A stretch of DNA of 64,000 bases, from positions 7,050 to 71,049 of the forward strand of contig JAAXZX010000074.1 in the NCBI GenBank assembly GCA_012719645.1, given 5' to 3'. The stretch's first letter is position 1. Each line of letters opens with the position of its first letter. Shown here in pieces: positions 49,237 through 58,637 of the stretch. The stretch comes from Clostridiaceae bacterium (lineage in GTDB: Bacteria > Bacillota > Clostridia > DSM-8532). Position numbers and translations under genes: made by a program. Under the pieces are notes generated by a model, which saw only the letters and a program-made list of their open reading frames with translations, was not told the DNA's origin and made no database searches.

Positions 49237-50619
49237 ATGCGATTTGTAAACAACCGCGCAGAGGATGTCAACATAGCCTATATAGGCGGAGGATCGAGGG
49301 GATGGGCATGGGCTTTTATGGGCGATCTGGCCCTTGAAGAAAGCATGTCTGGTACGGTAAGGCTCTACGATACCAATTTCACAGCGGCAAAGGACAACGA
49401 GATCATAGGCAACCGGCTTCTTGATCATCCCGGGTCAAGGGGAAAATGGGTGTACAAGGCCGTGGAAAGCATTCGGGAAGCCCTTACAGGCGCTGATTTC
49501 GTAGTAATCTCCATCCTGCCGGGAACCCTGGATGCAATGGCTTTGGATGTCCATGAACCCGAAAGATATGGAATAAGACAGCCGGTGGGCGACACGGTAG
49601 GTCCCGGCGGCATTGTCCGGGCTTTGAGGACCATCCCCATATTCGCAGGGTTTGCTGAAGCCATCAGGAAATACTGTCCTGAAGCCTGGGTAATGAACTA
49701 TACCAATCCCATGGCCCTGTGCACCCGGGCGCTGTATGAGGTCTTTCCCGGTATCCGCGCTTTTGGCTGCTGCCACGAGGTATTCTTCACCCAGAAGCTT
49801 TTGTGTGAAGCCCTCAGGGAGATCATGGGCATTGATGGCGTGACCAGGGAAGAAATCAAGACCAATGTGCTGGGAATTAACCATTTTACCTGGATAGACA
49901 GGGCCTATTACAGGAATATGGATCTCATGCCCGTTTACAAAACCTTTGTGGACAAACATTACGAGGAAGGCTTTGAAGGGAATGAAAAGGGACACTGGAT
50001 CAACAGCGTGTTTGGTTCGGCAAACAGGGTCAAGTTCGACCTGTTCAGGCGGTACGGGGTCATCGCAGCTGCCGGGGACAGGCACTTGTCTGAATTCGTA
50101 CCCGGAGACTGGTACATAGCCAGCCATGAAAAATGGAAATTCAATCTGACACCGGTCAGTTGGCGCAAGAAGAACCAAAAGGACAAGATCGAAAAGGGAA
50201 AGCGCCTTCTGTCCGGCGAAGAGAGTTTTGAACTCAGGCCGTCCGGCGAGGAAGGGGTCCGCCAGATGAAGGCCCTGCTGGGTCTTGATGAGCTCTTCAC
50301 CAACGTTAATCTGCCCAACAGGGGCCAAATGGAGGGTGTTCCCCTGGGCAGCGTTGTGGAAACAAACGCCCACTTCTCAGGTGACAGCGTAAGGCCGGTG
50401 ATGGCCGGCAGGCTTCCCGACCCGGTCCAGAACCTGGTGGTAAGGCATATCTATAACAATGAAACCGTCCTTAGGGCCGCTTTGAACAGGGACAGGGAGA
50501 TGGCCCTCAGAGCCTTCGTCAACGATCCGCTCGTAAACCTGAGCCTGGAAGACGCAAGAGCCCTGCTGGACAGTATGATACGGAACACGGCGAAATGGCT
50601 CCCGGGATGGGAAATATAG
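49237..50619 (+). CDS. lplD: GH4 NAD+/Mn2+-dependent glycosidase, alpha-galacturonidase (LplD) type
   Basis: YIGGGSRGW, DTVGPGG, NYTNP, GCCHEV and GINHF motifs; CHEV is the GH4 alpha-galacturonidase signature. Confidence 0.85.
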   Translation: MRFVNNRAEDVNIAYIGGGSRGWAWAFMGDLALEESMSGTVRLYDTNFTAAKDNEIIGNRLLDHPGSRGKWVYKAVESIREALTGADFVVISILPGTLDAMALDVHEPERYGIRQPVGDTVGPGGIVRALRTIPIFAGFAEAIRKYCPEAWVMNYTNPMALCTRALYEVFPGIRAFGCCHEVFFTQKLLCEALREIMGIDGVTREEIKTNVLGINHFTWIDRAYYRNMDLMPVYKTFVDKHYEEGFEGNEKGHWINSVFGSANRVKFDLFRRYGVIAAAGDRHLSEFVPGDWYIASHEKWKFNLTPVSWRKKNQKDKIEKGKRLLSGEESFELRPSGEEGVRQMKALLGLDELFTNVNLPNRGQMEGVPLGSVVETNAHFSGDSVRPVMAGRLPDPVQNLVVRHIYNNETVLRAALNRDREMALRAFVNDPLVNLSLEDARALLDSMIRNTAKWLPGWEI

Positions 50620-50623
50620 ATCC

Positions 50624-51241
50624 CTACTTCCTGGATGTACCGGTCATCCTGCGGCGTGTATCGTAGGGGCCGAAAAAGGGTATCCTGTGGGATGTTTTCG
50701 TCGGAAAAATACCCGCGTGGGCAGTCTTTACCGCTTCTATGGAATAGAAGACCTTAGAATCGGTTCCCTCCACAATTGATACTGCTTTGTCCAGGTCCTT
50801 CCGCCGTATCAATGAATACAGCAGGGTGACCTCTCCGATGGATCCTCTTCCTTCAACTACAGTTACGCCAAAGCCCGCTTCAATAAGCTTTGCCATAAGG
50901 CTTTCATTAGCGGAGTTCTCCCTCGGAACGAATATTCTGAGCACCAGTAAGCCGATAGCCAGCTTTTCTTCAACCATGATGCCCAGGTAATTGCCTATGG
51001 CGAATCCCAGGGCATAGGCAATATAGCAGAGCGGATTGTTCAGGTTCTGCATGATCTGGCTGATGGCCACTATCCAGATAAGCACCTCAAAAAAGCCCAG
51101 GATAGGGGCAGCCAGGCGGCTGCCTCTCGATACAAAGATGATCCGCAAGGTTCCCAGGGTTACATCTATCATGCGCGCCAGGATAATGAGTATGGGCAGC
51201 ACGACCCAGGAAAACAGGTCGCTGGACAAGAATTCTGCCAA
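50624..51241 (-). CDS. UPF0316/DUF2179 family membrane protein
   Basis: RMIDVTLGTLR, LGFFEVLIW, YALGFAIGNYLG and GFGVTVVEG.G motifs. Confidence 0.85.
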   Translation of the reverse strand: MAEFLSSDLFSWVVLPILIILARMIDVTLGTLRIIFVSRGSRLAAPILGFFEVLIWIVAISQIMQNLNNPLCYIAYALGFAIGNYLGIMVEEKLAIGLLVLRIFVPRENSANESLMAKLIEAGFGVTVVEGRGSIGEVTLLYSLIRRKDLDKAVSIVEGTDSKVFYSIEAVKTAHAGIFPTKTSHRIPFFGPYDTRRRMTGTSRK

Positions 51242-51384
51242 ATCTTCTCCCCCTCCGGTGATCCCATTGTCAAAAAAGCCTGGATCACCATACCGTATAT
51301 ATTATACTTACCCAGGCAGATGAATTGATTCATATGAAATGATCCCTCCGCGCAGGGAGGCAGCGGGCGGGCATAGACACCGTT

Positions 51385-51912
51385 TTATTCCTTCGTCTCA
51401 ACTGCCACGCCCAGAGCTTTGATGACAAGCAGGGCAAGAACTCCGCCTATGACGGCTGTCACAAGCTGAGGCCAACTGAAGGTGGCAATCATGGCCGTCG
51501 CTTTCTGAGCGGGAATTCCCATAAGATTAACAAAGATGTTCACACCAAGGAAGAGAAACCCGAACTTCAGGACGGCTCCGACCGCAATACCCAGTATATG
51601 GTTCTTCTTTATCAATATATACATCAAAACCAGAATGAAATTGCCAACAGCAATAACAGGGGCAAAGGGCAGCGGCACGGCGGCGCCTGTAAGAATGGCC
51701 CCGAAGGGAGCCAGCAGGGCAACAGCCGCTCCTCCCCATAACCCTGTGGCCGCGGCGGCTACCACAAGGCAGGCATTGACCAGCGATCCCGTGATGAACT
51801 GGTTGAACTGGCCCAGGGTGATAGCACGCCCGATGGTCTGGAATACGATGGTCAATGCAAGAAGTATGGCTGTTCTGGTAATTAAACGAACTGTTTTTAT
51901 CCTGGCTGCCAT
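51385..51912 (-). CDS. ECF transporter substrate-specific (S) component, substrate unknown
   Basis: 175 aa, about 6 TM segments; RTAILLAL, NQFITGSLVNA and WPQLVTA..GG patterns; no ATPase or T gene nearby (group II). Confidence 0.75.
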   Translation of the reverse strand: MAARIKTVRLITRTAILLALTIVFQTIGRAITLGQFNQFITGSLVNACLVVAAAATGLWGGAAVALLAPFGAILTGAAVPLPFAPVIAVGNFILVLMYILIKKNHILGIAVGAVLKFGFLFLGVNIFVNLMGIPAQKATAMIATFSWPQLVTAVIGGVLALLVIKALGVAVETKE

Positions 51913-51944
51913 TTATTCGAACCTCCTTGTCCCATGGACAGGTT

Positions 51945-53660
51945 TCATTTCTTCAATTCCTTGTAGCGCTGGATCTTCCGGGTGGTTGTTTTGGCAAACT
52001 CCTCATCCCTCAGCTCAAAATGCCTGATGTACTTATACAGCACCAACTGCCTGTTCACGTTCCTGACCTCGCTGCCTATCACTTCATGGGGGGTGGTTCC
52101 GGGAGCAGTGCCGTTTTTAATGTCTTCTTCTATTTTTTCGTAATCGGGCACAATCTGGGCGTGGACTACGATATCATCATCCTCACCGATGTTCCCGTAT
52201 ACCAGGGATTCCTTGATATAAGGGCTCCTGCCCAGCAGGGTTTCAATCTCTTCAGGATAGATGTTCTTTCCGTTCTTGGTGACAATGACATTCTTTTTCC
52301 TTCCGGTAATGTGAAGGAAACCGTCCTTATCAAAGTATCCAAGGTCACCCGTATAGAACCAGCCATCCCGTATGGCTTCCCTGGTCGCTTCTTCGTCCTG
52401 GTAATATCCCAGCATCACTGATGGCCCCTTGACCTTGATCTCACCAATTCCATCCTGGTCCGGGCTGTCAATCTCTACTTCCAGATTTGGCAGTGGCAAC
52501 CCTGCGGCGTCGTCCTTATAGCAAACATCACGGTTCAATGCTACTATGGGTGAACACTCGGTAAGGCCGTATCCCTGCACCAGGGCGATTCCGAGATCCC
52601 TGAAGCCTTTGGCAACCATGGGATCAATGCCGGCCGCTCCGCTGATGAACAGCCGTATCTTTCCTCCGAAGGCATCATGGACCTGCTTGAACAGTTTATG
52701 CCTGATATCGATGCCGATCCTGCGCAGACCGTTGCTGATTTTAACGCCAATTTTAAGCTTCAGCAGCCCGCCCGGCTTTTTGGCAGCCTGGTTCATGATC
52801 TGTTTGTACATGGACTCGAAGATCAGCGGAACACCGTTCATGATTGTGCAGCCTGATTCTTTCAGGTTTTTTACGATATGCCGGAGCCCTTCACAGAACG
52901 CAACGGTGCTTCCCCGGTACATCTGGCACAAAAAGCCGCAGGTACACTCATAGGTATGGTGGATGGGAAGTATTGAAAGGAACGTGTCCTTATCATCAAT
53001 GTAGAGCATGGAGCACATGTTCATAAGGTTTTCGCATATGTTTTTCTGTGAAAGCATGACAGCCTTGGCGGTATCGGTGGTTCCCGAGGTAAACAGCAGG
53101 ATGCTCATGACTTCGGGATCTACAGTTGCGTCAAGGAACAACCTGTTACCCTTTTCAAGAAGTTCCCGTCCCTGCGCCATGAGCCGGGAGAATGACAGAA
53201 CACTGCCGCTGTCCTGGTCGGCGTCCATATTGATGAAGCGTATCCCTCCATAGGCGGCACGGATGGCATCCATGTGTTCCGCCAGGTTCTGGGAGTAGAT
53301 AACGGCATCTGCGGCGGAACGTTTTATAAGATTGTCAATCTCGTTGACCGGAAGCTCCTTGTCAAGGGGAACGGCAATCCCTGTGCCGCACAGCACCGCA
53401 AGATAGGATACATTCCATTCATAGCGGTTCTCACTGATAATAGCGATCCTTTTATCCTTTAGCCCCAGGTTGACAAGGGCCGTGCCCAGGGCGTCTATGT
53501 CCTGTTTGAATTGCCTGTATGAGACAGGTATATAATCCGCACTGCCCCCTCTTTTCACAAGGAAGGCCGCTTTTTCTCCAAACAGCTCGACGCTTGAGGT
53601 TATCATGTCCTTAAGGTCACGTATAGGTCTTACTTCGTATAGATTCTCGTACTTCGCCAC
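51945..53660 (-). CDS. Long-chain acyl-CoA synthetase (AMP-binding)
   Basis: FTSGTT..AKAV, QGYGLTECSP, TGDLG, GRKKNVIV..NGKNIYPEE and KTTTRKIQR motifs; GTG start assumed. Confidence 0.88.
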   Translation of the reverse strand: MAKYENLYEVRPIRDLKDMITSSVELFGEKAAFLVKRGGSADYIPVSYRQFKQDIDALGTALVNLGLKDKRIAIISENRYEWNVSYLAVLCGTGIAVPLDKELPVNEIDNLIKRSAADAVIYSQNLAEHMDAIRAAYGGIRFINMDADQDSGSVLSFSRLMAQGRELLEKGNRLFLDATVDPEVMSILLFTSGTTDTAKAVMLSQKNICENLMNMCSMLYIDDKDTFLSILPIHHTYECTCGFLCQMYRGSTVAFCEGLRHIVKNLKESGCTIMNGVPLIFESMYKQIMNQAAKKPGGLLKLKIGVKISNGLRRIGIDIRHKLFKQVHDAFGGKIRLFISGAAGIDPMVAKGFRDLGIALVQGYGLTECSPIVALNRDVCYKDDAAGLPLPNLEVEIDSPDQDGIGEIKVKGPSVMLGYYQDEEATREAIRDGWFYTGDLGYFDKDGFLHITGRKKNVIVTKNGKNIYPEEIETLLGRSPYIKESLVYGNIGEDDDIVVHAQIVPDYEKIEEDIKNGTAPGTTPHEVIGSEVRNVNRQLVLYKYIRHFELRDEEFAKTTTRKIQRYKELKK

Positions 53661-53925
53661 TATATACCATTCCTCCATATCACAAAGCCTGCGGCAGAAA
53701 CCTGCCGTTTTTTTATCTCACCGGCCGGATTTACCTTTTTTGCATAACATGATTCTATCAAACACGCCCTAAAAAAGGAAGAAAAAACTGTAACACACAG
53801 CGACATTAAAACGGGGACGTCCATCCTCCGCCAAGGGGATACTCCTTTTTTATGTTGTGCATTCCCGTACTTTTTGCTATGCTTATTTGTAGATTTTGTA
53901 TTTTTCTGGCGAAGATGGCCTGCAG

Positions 53926-55623
53926 GTGATCGGGTTGCGCAAAATACGCATTGCTCCTCAATTATTTGTATTGACTGCAATTTTCATATGTACGCTGATT
54001 ATTTTCATTTCTTCAGTGGGTAGTGTCAACCCCATCTCCAGGGATGAGTCTGCAACCATAACTGATGGCTGGACCTGTTCCTGGGTGGACTCCGACGAAG
54101 AGATCATTCTGAGCCTTCCCGGAAGGGTACCCGGCGGTCATGCGGGAAGAATCCTTCATATTGCCAATACATTGCCTGAAAGATTTTTTAACAGCCCGAG
54201 TCTAATGATCAGAACATCGGAACAGAGCGTTACCGTTCATTTGAACGGTATTTCCATTTATGAGTACATACCGGGAAACCCCCAAAGAGCGCCGGGCAGC
54301 ATGTATCATTTTATAAGCCTTCCGAACGGGTATGGAGGAGGAAGGCTTGATATCTACCTGTCTTCCCCCCTTGACCAGTTTTCAGGGATAGTCAACGCTG
54401 TCCGGATAGGCAGCATCACCTCCCATATCCTGTATATCCTCCAACAGGGCAGTGTTGGCCTCTTCCTTGCCGTGGTGGCCATCATGCTGGGATTCATAAT
54501 GCTTGCCTTTTTCGTATCCATGTGCGCTTCAGGTTCCAGGCATCCGAACATCCTGTACCTTGCCCTGTTTGTGGTATTATCCGGGTGCTGGATGTCCTCC
54601 GAAAGCCGGGCCCTGGAACTTTTCATCAGAAATCCCCTGCTGATTACCTGCGTTGCCTTCATGTCCCAGTATCTTGCGCCAATTCCTCTTCTTGCGTTTG
54701 TCATAAGCACCTACAAGCCGAAACATACCAGCTGGCTGGCGGTTTACCTGCATATTTTCGCAGCCCACTTCCTTGTATCCACAACGCTGTACCTGCTGGG
54801 TATAATTGAGTTCTATGATACGGTTATCTTCTTCCATTCCCTTCTTGCAAGCTGTGTCGTTGTGTTTCTGTACACGGCCGTTACCGAAATGCGGCGCGGC
54901 AAAAAGAGCGCCAAGCTCTTTTTCCTGGGTTGCATAGTGCTTAGCATGTCCATCTGCGCCGATGTCGCGAGATATTACTTCCGGTCCCTGCCATGGACTG
55001 TGAAGCCGGTGATATACCAGTACGGTCTTCTTATCTTCATTATTACAACCACTGCATCCCTGGCCCATCACATATTTTTATCCCATGAGGAGAAGATCAG
55101 CCATGACATCCTCATGTCCCTTGCCTTTACCGATACCCTTACAGGCTTCAAGAACCGGAGGTCTTTCGATGAAAGAATTACGGCTATCAATGAGAACATT
55201 GATTCCTACTCGTCCGTCCACCTGGTCATCCTGGACATAAATGGCCTGAAGAAGGTAAATGACACCTATGGCCACAGGGAAGGCGACCAACTTATCATTG
55301 ATGGAGCCCGCCTCATCAAGGAAACCCTGGGACAACTTGGGGAGATGTTCCGTATAGGAGGCGACGAGTTTGTTGTGCTTGTCACCAATATCGAGCCCTA
55401 TTTCATCCAGGTCGAGCTGGATAACCTTAACAAAATGATTGCCGACTTCAATCAGAATGCCTCCACCTTCCAAATCAGCATAGCCTATGGCTTCGCAAGC
55501 TTCAACAAGGACCATGACATGGATCTGAATGATGTATTCGAGCGGGCGGATAAGTCCATGTATATCTGCAAGGAGAACCAGAAGGGGCTGCACCAGGCAA
55601 TCAGGCAAAACAAATCATACTAG
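53926..55623 (+). CDS. Membrane diguanylate cyclase with an extracellular sugar-binding-like domain and a 7TM region
   Basis: N-terminal TM, extracellular beta domain, multiple TM segments; DTLTG.KNRR, DINGLKKVND.YGH.EGD and RIGGDEF motifs; no RxxD I-site seen; start uncertain (53896-53935). Confidence 0.9.
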   Translation: MIGLRKIRIAPQLFVLTAIFICTLIIFISSVGSVNPISRDESATITDGWTCSWVDSDEEIILSLPGRVPGGHAGRILHIANTLPERFFNSPSLMIRTSEQSVTVHLNGISIYEYIPGNPQRAPGSMYHFISLPNGYGGGRLDIYLSSPLDQFSGIVNAVRIGSITSHILYILQQGSVGLFLAVVAIMLGFIMLAFFVSMCASGSRHPNILYLALFVVLSGCWMSSESRALELFIRNPLLITCVAFMSQYLAPIPLLAFVISTYKPKHTSWLAVYLHIFAAHFLVSTTLYLLGIIEFYDTVIFFHSLLASCVVVFLYTAVTEMRRGKKSAKLFFLGCIVLSMSICADVARYYFRSLPWTVKPVIYQYGLLIFIITTTASLAHHIFLSHEEKISHDILMSLAFTDTLTGFKNRRSFDERITAINENIDSYSSVHLVILDINGLKKVNDTYGHREGDQLIIDGARLIKETLGQLGEMFRIGGDEFVVLVTNIEPYFIQVELDNLNKMIADFNQNASTFQISIAYGFASFNKDHDMDLNDVFERADKSMYICKENQKGLHQAIRQNKSY

Positions 55624-55670
55624 GTCCCGGGCTGGGGATAATACTATTCTGCATCCCGGATTAGAAAGCG

Positions 55671-56951
55671 GTGATCATTCTGACCTTCAGGGAATTGTAT
55701 AACAGGCTTGTGGACGCCGCACTGAGGAACGATCTCGAACAGGAGGCAAAAAGAATAGCTGATTCAGGCGAATGCAGCAGTGAGGATGTGGACCGGCTGT
55801 TGCATCCCATGGAGTATCCCGTTGTGATGAGAGCGGGAGAATGCAAGTGCCCGCCGGATGAAAGCAGCGAGCAATGCGCAGTACAGTGCCTGTTTTCAGC
55901 GATAGAACGTGACGAAAACGGCAATGTGGTCGTTTCTCCGGTTGATTGTACCGGCTGCGGCCTATGCATCGAGGATTGCAGGCACCAGGTCCTGACTGAC
56001 CGCAAGGAGATCATACCTGTCCTTGAGCACCTGAACTCAAGGAAGAACCCTGTCTATGCCATGATAGCACCCGCCTTCAATGGCCAGTTCAGCATGGACG
56101 TCACCGCGGGCAAGCTTCGTACCGCTTTTAAACTTGCGGGCTTCTACGGCATGATCGAGGTTGCCCTTTTCGCGGATATTCTGACGCTTAAGGAAGCCCT
56201 GGAGTTCGACAGGTCCATCCTTACCCACAAGGATTTTATGCTCACAAGCTGCTGCTGTCCCATTTGGGTCACGATGATCAAAAAAATCTACCATGAGCTT
56301 ATCCCCCACATGCCGCCATCGGTTTCGCCCATGGTTGCCTGCGGACGTGTTATCAAGCGCATCCATCCCGAAGCCGTAACGGTGTTTATAGGCCCCTGTG
56401 TCGCCAAAAAGGCTGAAGCCCGCGAAGCCGACATCTCGGACGCGGTTGACTATGTGCTTACTTTCCAGGAAATCTCGGATGTTTTCCAAAGGATGGGTAT
56501 AGACCCCGCCTTACTTCCGGAAGACATGCGCGACCACTCTTCCAGGTGCGGCAGGATTTATGCCCGCACCGGCGGTGTAAGCGAGGCGGTCCAGGATGCG
56601 CTGAACAGGCTGAAACCCGACCGTGGGATCAAGCTCAGGGCAATGCAGGCCGATGGCGCTGCCGACTGCAAGAGGCTCCTGTCAGAGATCATGGAAGGCA
56701 ATATCACTGCGAATTTCATTGAGGGCATGGGCTGCAAGGGCGGTTGTGTGGGAGGCCCGAAAGCAATAATAGACAAGGAAGATGGTACCATCCATGCCAA
56801 CCAGTACGGCGATCGGGCCATCTACGAAACCCCCATAGATAATCCCCACGTTGTTCACCTCCTGGAAAGGCTGGGGTTTCACACCATTGAAAGCCTTCTT
56901 GAAACCGATAACCTGTTTACACGCAGGTTCGAAAGTGGTAAGAAGGAATAA
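55671..56951 (+). CDS. Monomeric [FeFe]-hydrogenase-like protein, group B-type H-cluster motifs
   Basis: TSCCCPIW (P1), GPCVAKKAE (P2), EGMGCKGGCVGG (P3); ferredoxin motif CTGCGLCIEDC. Confidence 0.85.
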   Translation: MIILTFRELYNRLVDAALRNDLEQEAKRIADSGECSSEDVDRLLHPMEYPVVMRAGECKCPPDESSEQCAVQCLFSAIERDENGNVVVSPVDCTGCGLCIEDCRHQVLTDRKEIIPVLEHLNSRKNPVYAMIAPAFNGQFSMDVTAGKLRTAFKLAGFYGMIEVALFADILTLKEALEFDRSILTHKDFMLTSCCCPIWVTMIKKIYHELIPHMPPSVSPMVACGRVIKRIHPEAVTVFIGPCVAKKAEAREADISDAVDYVLTFQEISDVFQRMGIDPALLPEDMRDHSSRCGRIYARTGGVSEAVQDALNRLKPDRGIKLRAMQADGAADCKRLLSEIMEGNITANFIEGMGCKGGCVGGPKAIIDKEDGTIHANQYGDRAIYETPIDNPHVVHLLERLGFHTIESLLETDNLFTRRFESGKKE

Positions 56952-56978
56952 GGCAAAAAGCAAAGAGGGAGATGAACC

Positions 56979-57377
56979 ATGGTCAGGACATTATCCATAA
57001 GAACAAGCGCAAGAACACAGCTTCTGGACATAACGTCCCAGGTGCGGCGGGTCGTTGAGGAATCCGGCGTGCAGGATGGACTCTGCACGGTATACGTACC
57101 CCATACCACAGCCGGTGTGACCATCAACGAAAACGCCGACCCCGACGTGGTTTCCGATATCCTTAAAGAGATAAACAAGGTTATTCCTTTCAATGATGAT
57201 TACAGGCACATGGAAGGCAATTCGGCCGCCCATATCAAAGCAAGCCTTTTCGGCTTCTCACAACAGGTCATCATAGAGTCAGGCCGGCTGCTCCTCGGAA
57301 CATGGCAGGGCATCTATTTCTGCGAATTTGACGGTCCCAGGAACAGGCAGGTCAAGGTCAAGATCATTGAAGGCTGA
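56979..57377 (+). CDS. yjbQ: YjbQ/UPF0047 family protein
   Basis: HTTAGVTINENADPDV, HMEGNSAAHIKASL and GTWQGIYFCEFDGPR motifs. Confidence 0.92.
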   Translation: MVRTLSIRTSARTQLLDITSQVRRVVEESGVQDGLCTVYVPHTTAGVTINENADPDVVSDILKEINKVIPFNDDYRHMEGNSAAHIKASLFGFSQQVIIESGRLLLGTWQGIYFCEFDGPRNRQVKVKIIEG

Positions 57378-58551
57378 CCATGGTATCGGCAAGGCGCATA
57401 ATCCCCTGCTCTATGCGGTTCTCAGGCATATTGGAGAAGTTGAGCCGCATGGTATTCTTCCTTGGTGCGCACGGGAAGAAAGGCGCACCCGGCACGAAGG
57501 CCACATCCCTTTTTAAGGCTTCCTTCAACAACTGCGCCGCGTCAATCCCGGCGGGAAGTTCCACCCACGTGAAAAGGCCGCCTTCGGGATAGTTATAGCG
57601 TGAATCTTCGGGGAAGTACCGGCCCATTGCGCGGGTAATAGCGTCCCTTCTTTTCCTGTAAACCTGCCGAAGCCTTTGGACATGTGCATCAAAATCCTCT
57701 GTTTCAATAAACAGGTTGATCTGCATCTGGCTGATGGTGGAGGTATGAAGATCAGCCCCCTGCTTAACCAGCACGAGCTTCTCTATGAGATGGCGGTTGG
57801 CCGCAACCCAGCCAATGCGCATGCCGGGGCACAGCGTCTTGGAGAATGTGCCAAGGTAAACAACCCACCCCTCTGTGTCCAGGGCCTTGATGGCGGGCAC
57901 CATCTCACCCTCATACCTGAGCTCGCCATAAGGGTTGTCTTCCACCACAATGATACCATATTTGCCGGCCAGCTCCACCAGGGCTTTCCGGCGCTTGACA
58001 GACCACGTCCTGCCCGTCGGGTTTTGAAAATCGGGAACCACATAGATGAACTTAGGATGTTTCGCACTCTTCAGCGCTTCCTCAAGGGCTTCCGGTATCA
58101 TCCCGCAGGAATCGGTTTCCACCTCCACGAATTTCGGCTCATATGCCCGGAAGGCATTGATCGCTCCCAGGTAGGACGGGCTTTCCATGAATACCTCATC
58201 CCCGGGGTTGATCAGCACTTTGCCAATAAAGTCAAGGGCCTGCTGCGACCCCGATGTAATCATGATTTCATCCACGGCAGCATTGGCATGGAAGACTTTT
58301 TTCATGCGGCTTGAGATCTTTTCCCGCAGCGGTGTATAACCCTCCGTGGCGGAATACTGGAGAGCTTTTTTCCCCTCATCAATGATGAGACGGCTTGCCA
58401 ACTCGGCCAAAGTCCTGATCGGGAACAACTCCGGCGCGGGAAGACCCCCCGCGAAGGAAATAACCTCCGGCCTTTCAGTTATCTTCAAAAGTTCCCGTAT
58501 TTCTGACGCCTTAATATATTCCATTCTTTGAGCGAATAACGTCGCAACCAT
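57364..58551 (-). CDS. PLP-dependent class I aminotransferase (LysN/ARO8-like)
   Basis: ISFAGGLPA, TSGSQQALD, DFQNPTG, EDNPY and GTFSKTLCPGMRIGW motifs. Confidence 0.9.
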   Translation of the reverse strand: MVATLFAQRMEYIKASEIRELLKITERPEVISFAGGLPAPELFPIRTLAELASRLIIDEGKKALQYSATEGYTPLREKISSRMKKVFHANAAVDEIMITSGSQQALDFIGKVLINPGDEVFMESPSYLGAINAFRAYEPKFVEVETDSCGMIPEALEEALKSAKHPKFIYVVPDFQNPTGRTWSVKRRKALVELAGKYGIIVVEDNPYGELRYEGEMVPAIKALDTEGWVVYLGTFSKTLCPGMRIGWVAANRHLIEKLVLVKQGADLHTSTISQMQINLFIETEDFDAHVQRLRQVYRKRRDAITRAMGRYFPEDSRYNYPEGGLFTWVELPAGIDAAQLLKEALKRDVAFVPGAPFFPCAPRKNTMRLNFSNMPENRIEQGIMRLADTMVSLQ

Positions 58552-58637
58552 TTTAACCCGCCTTTCCTTATTCACGATCACCTGGATTTCAACAGCGGCC
58601 CGGCTGTGACCAGGTTCTTTCAGGAGATAATTTCTGC

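Noticed and set aside
53680-53925. c-di-GMP riboswitch near the diguanylate cyclase
   Set aside because: No GEMM-I or class II consensus on either strand.
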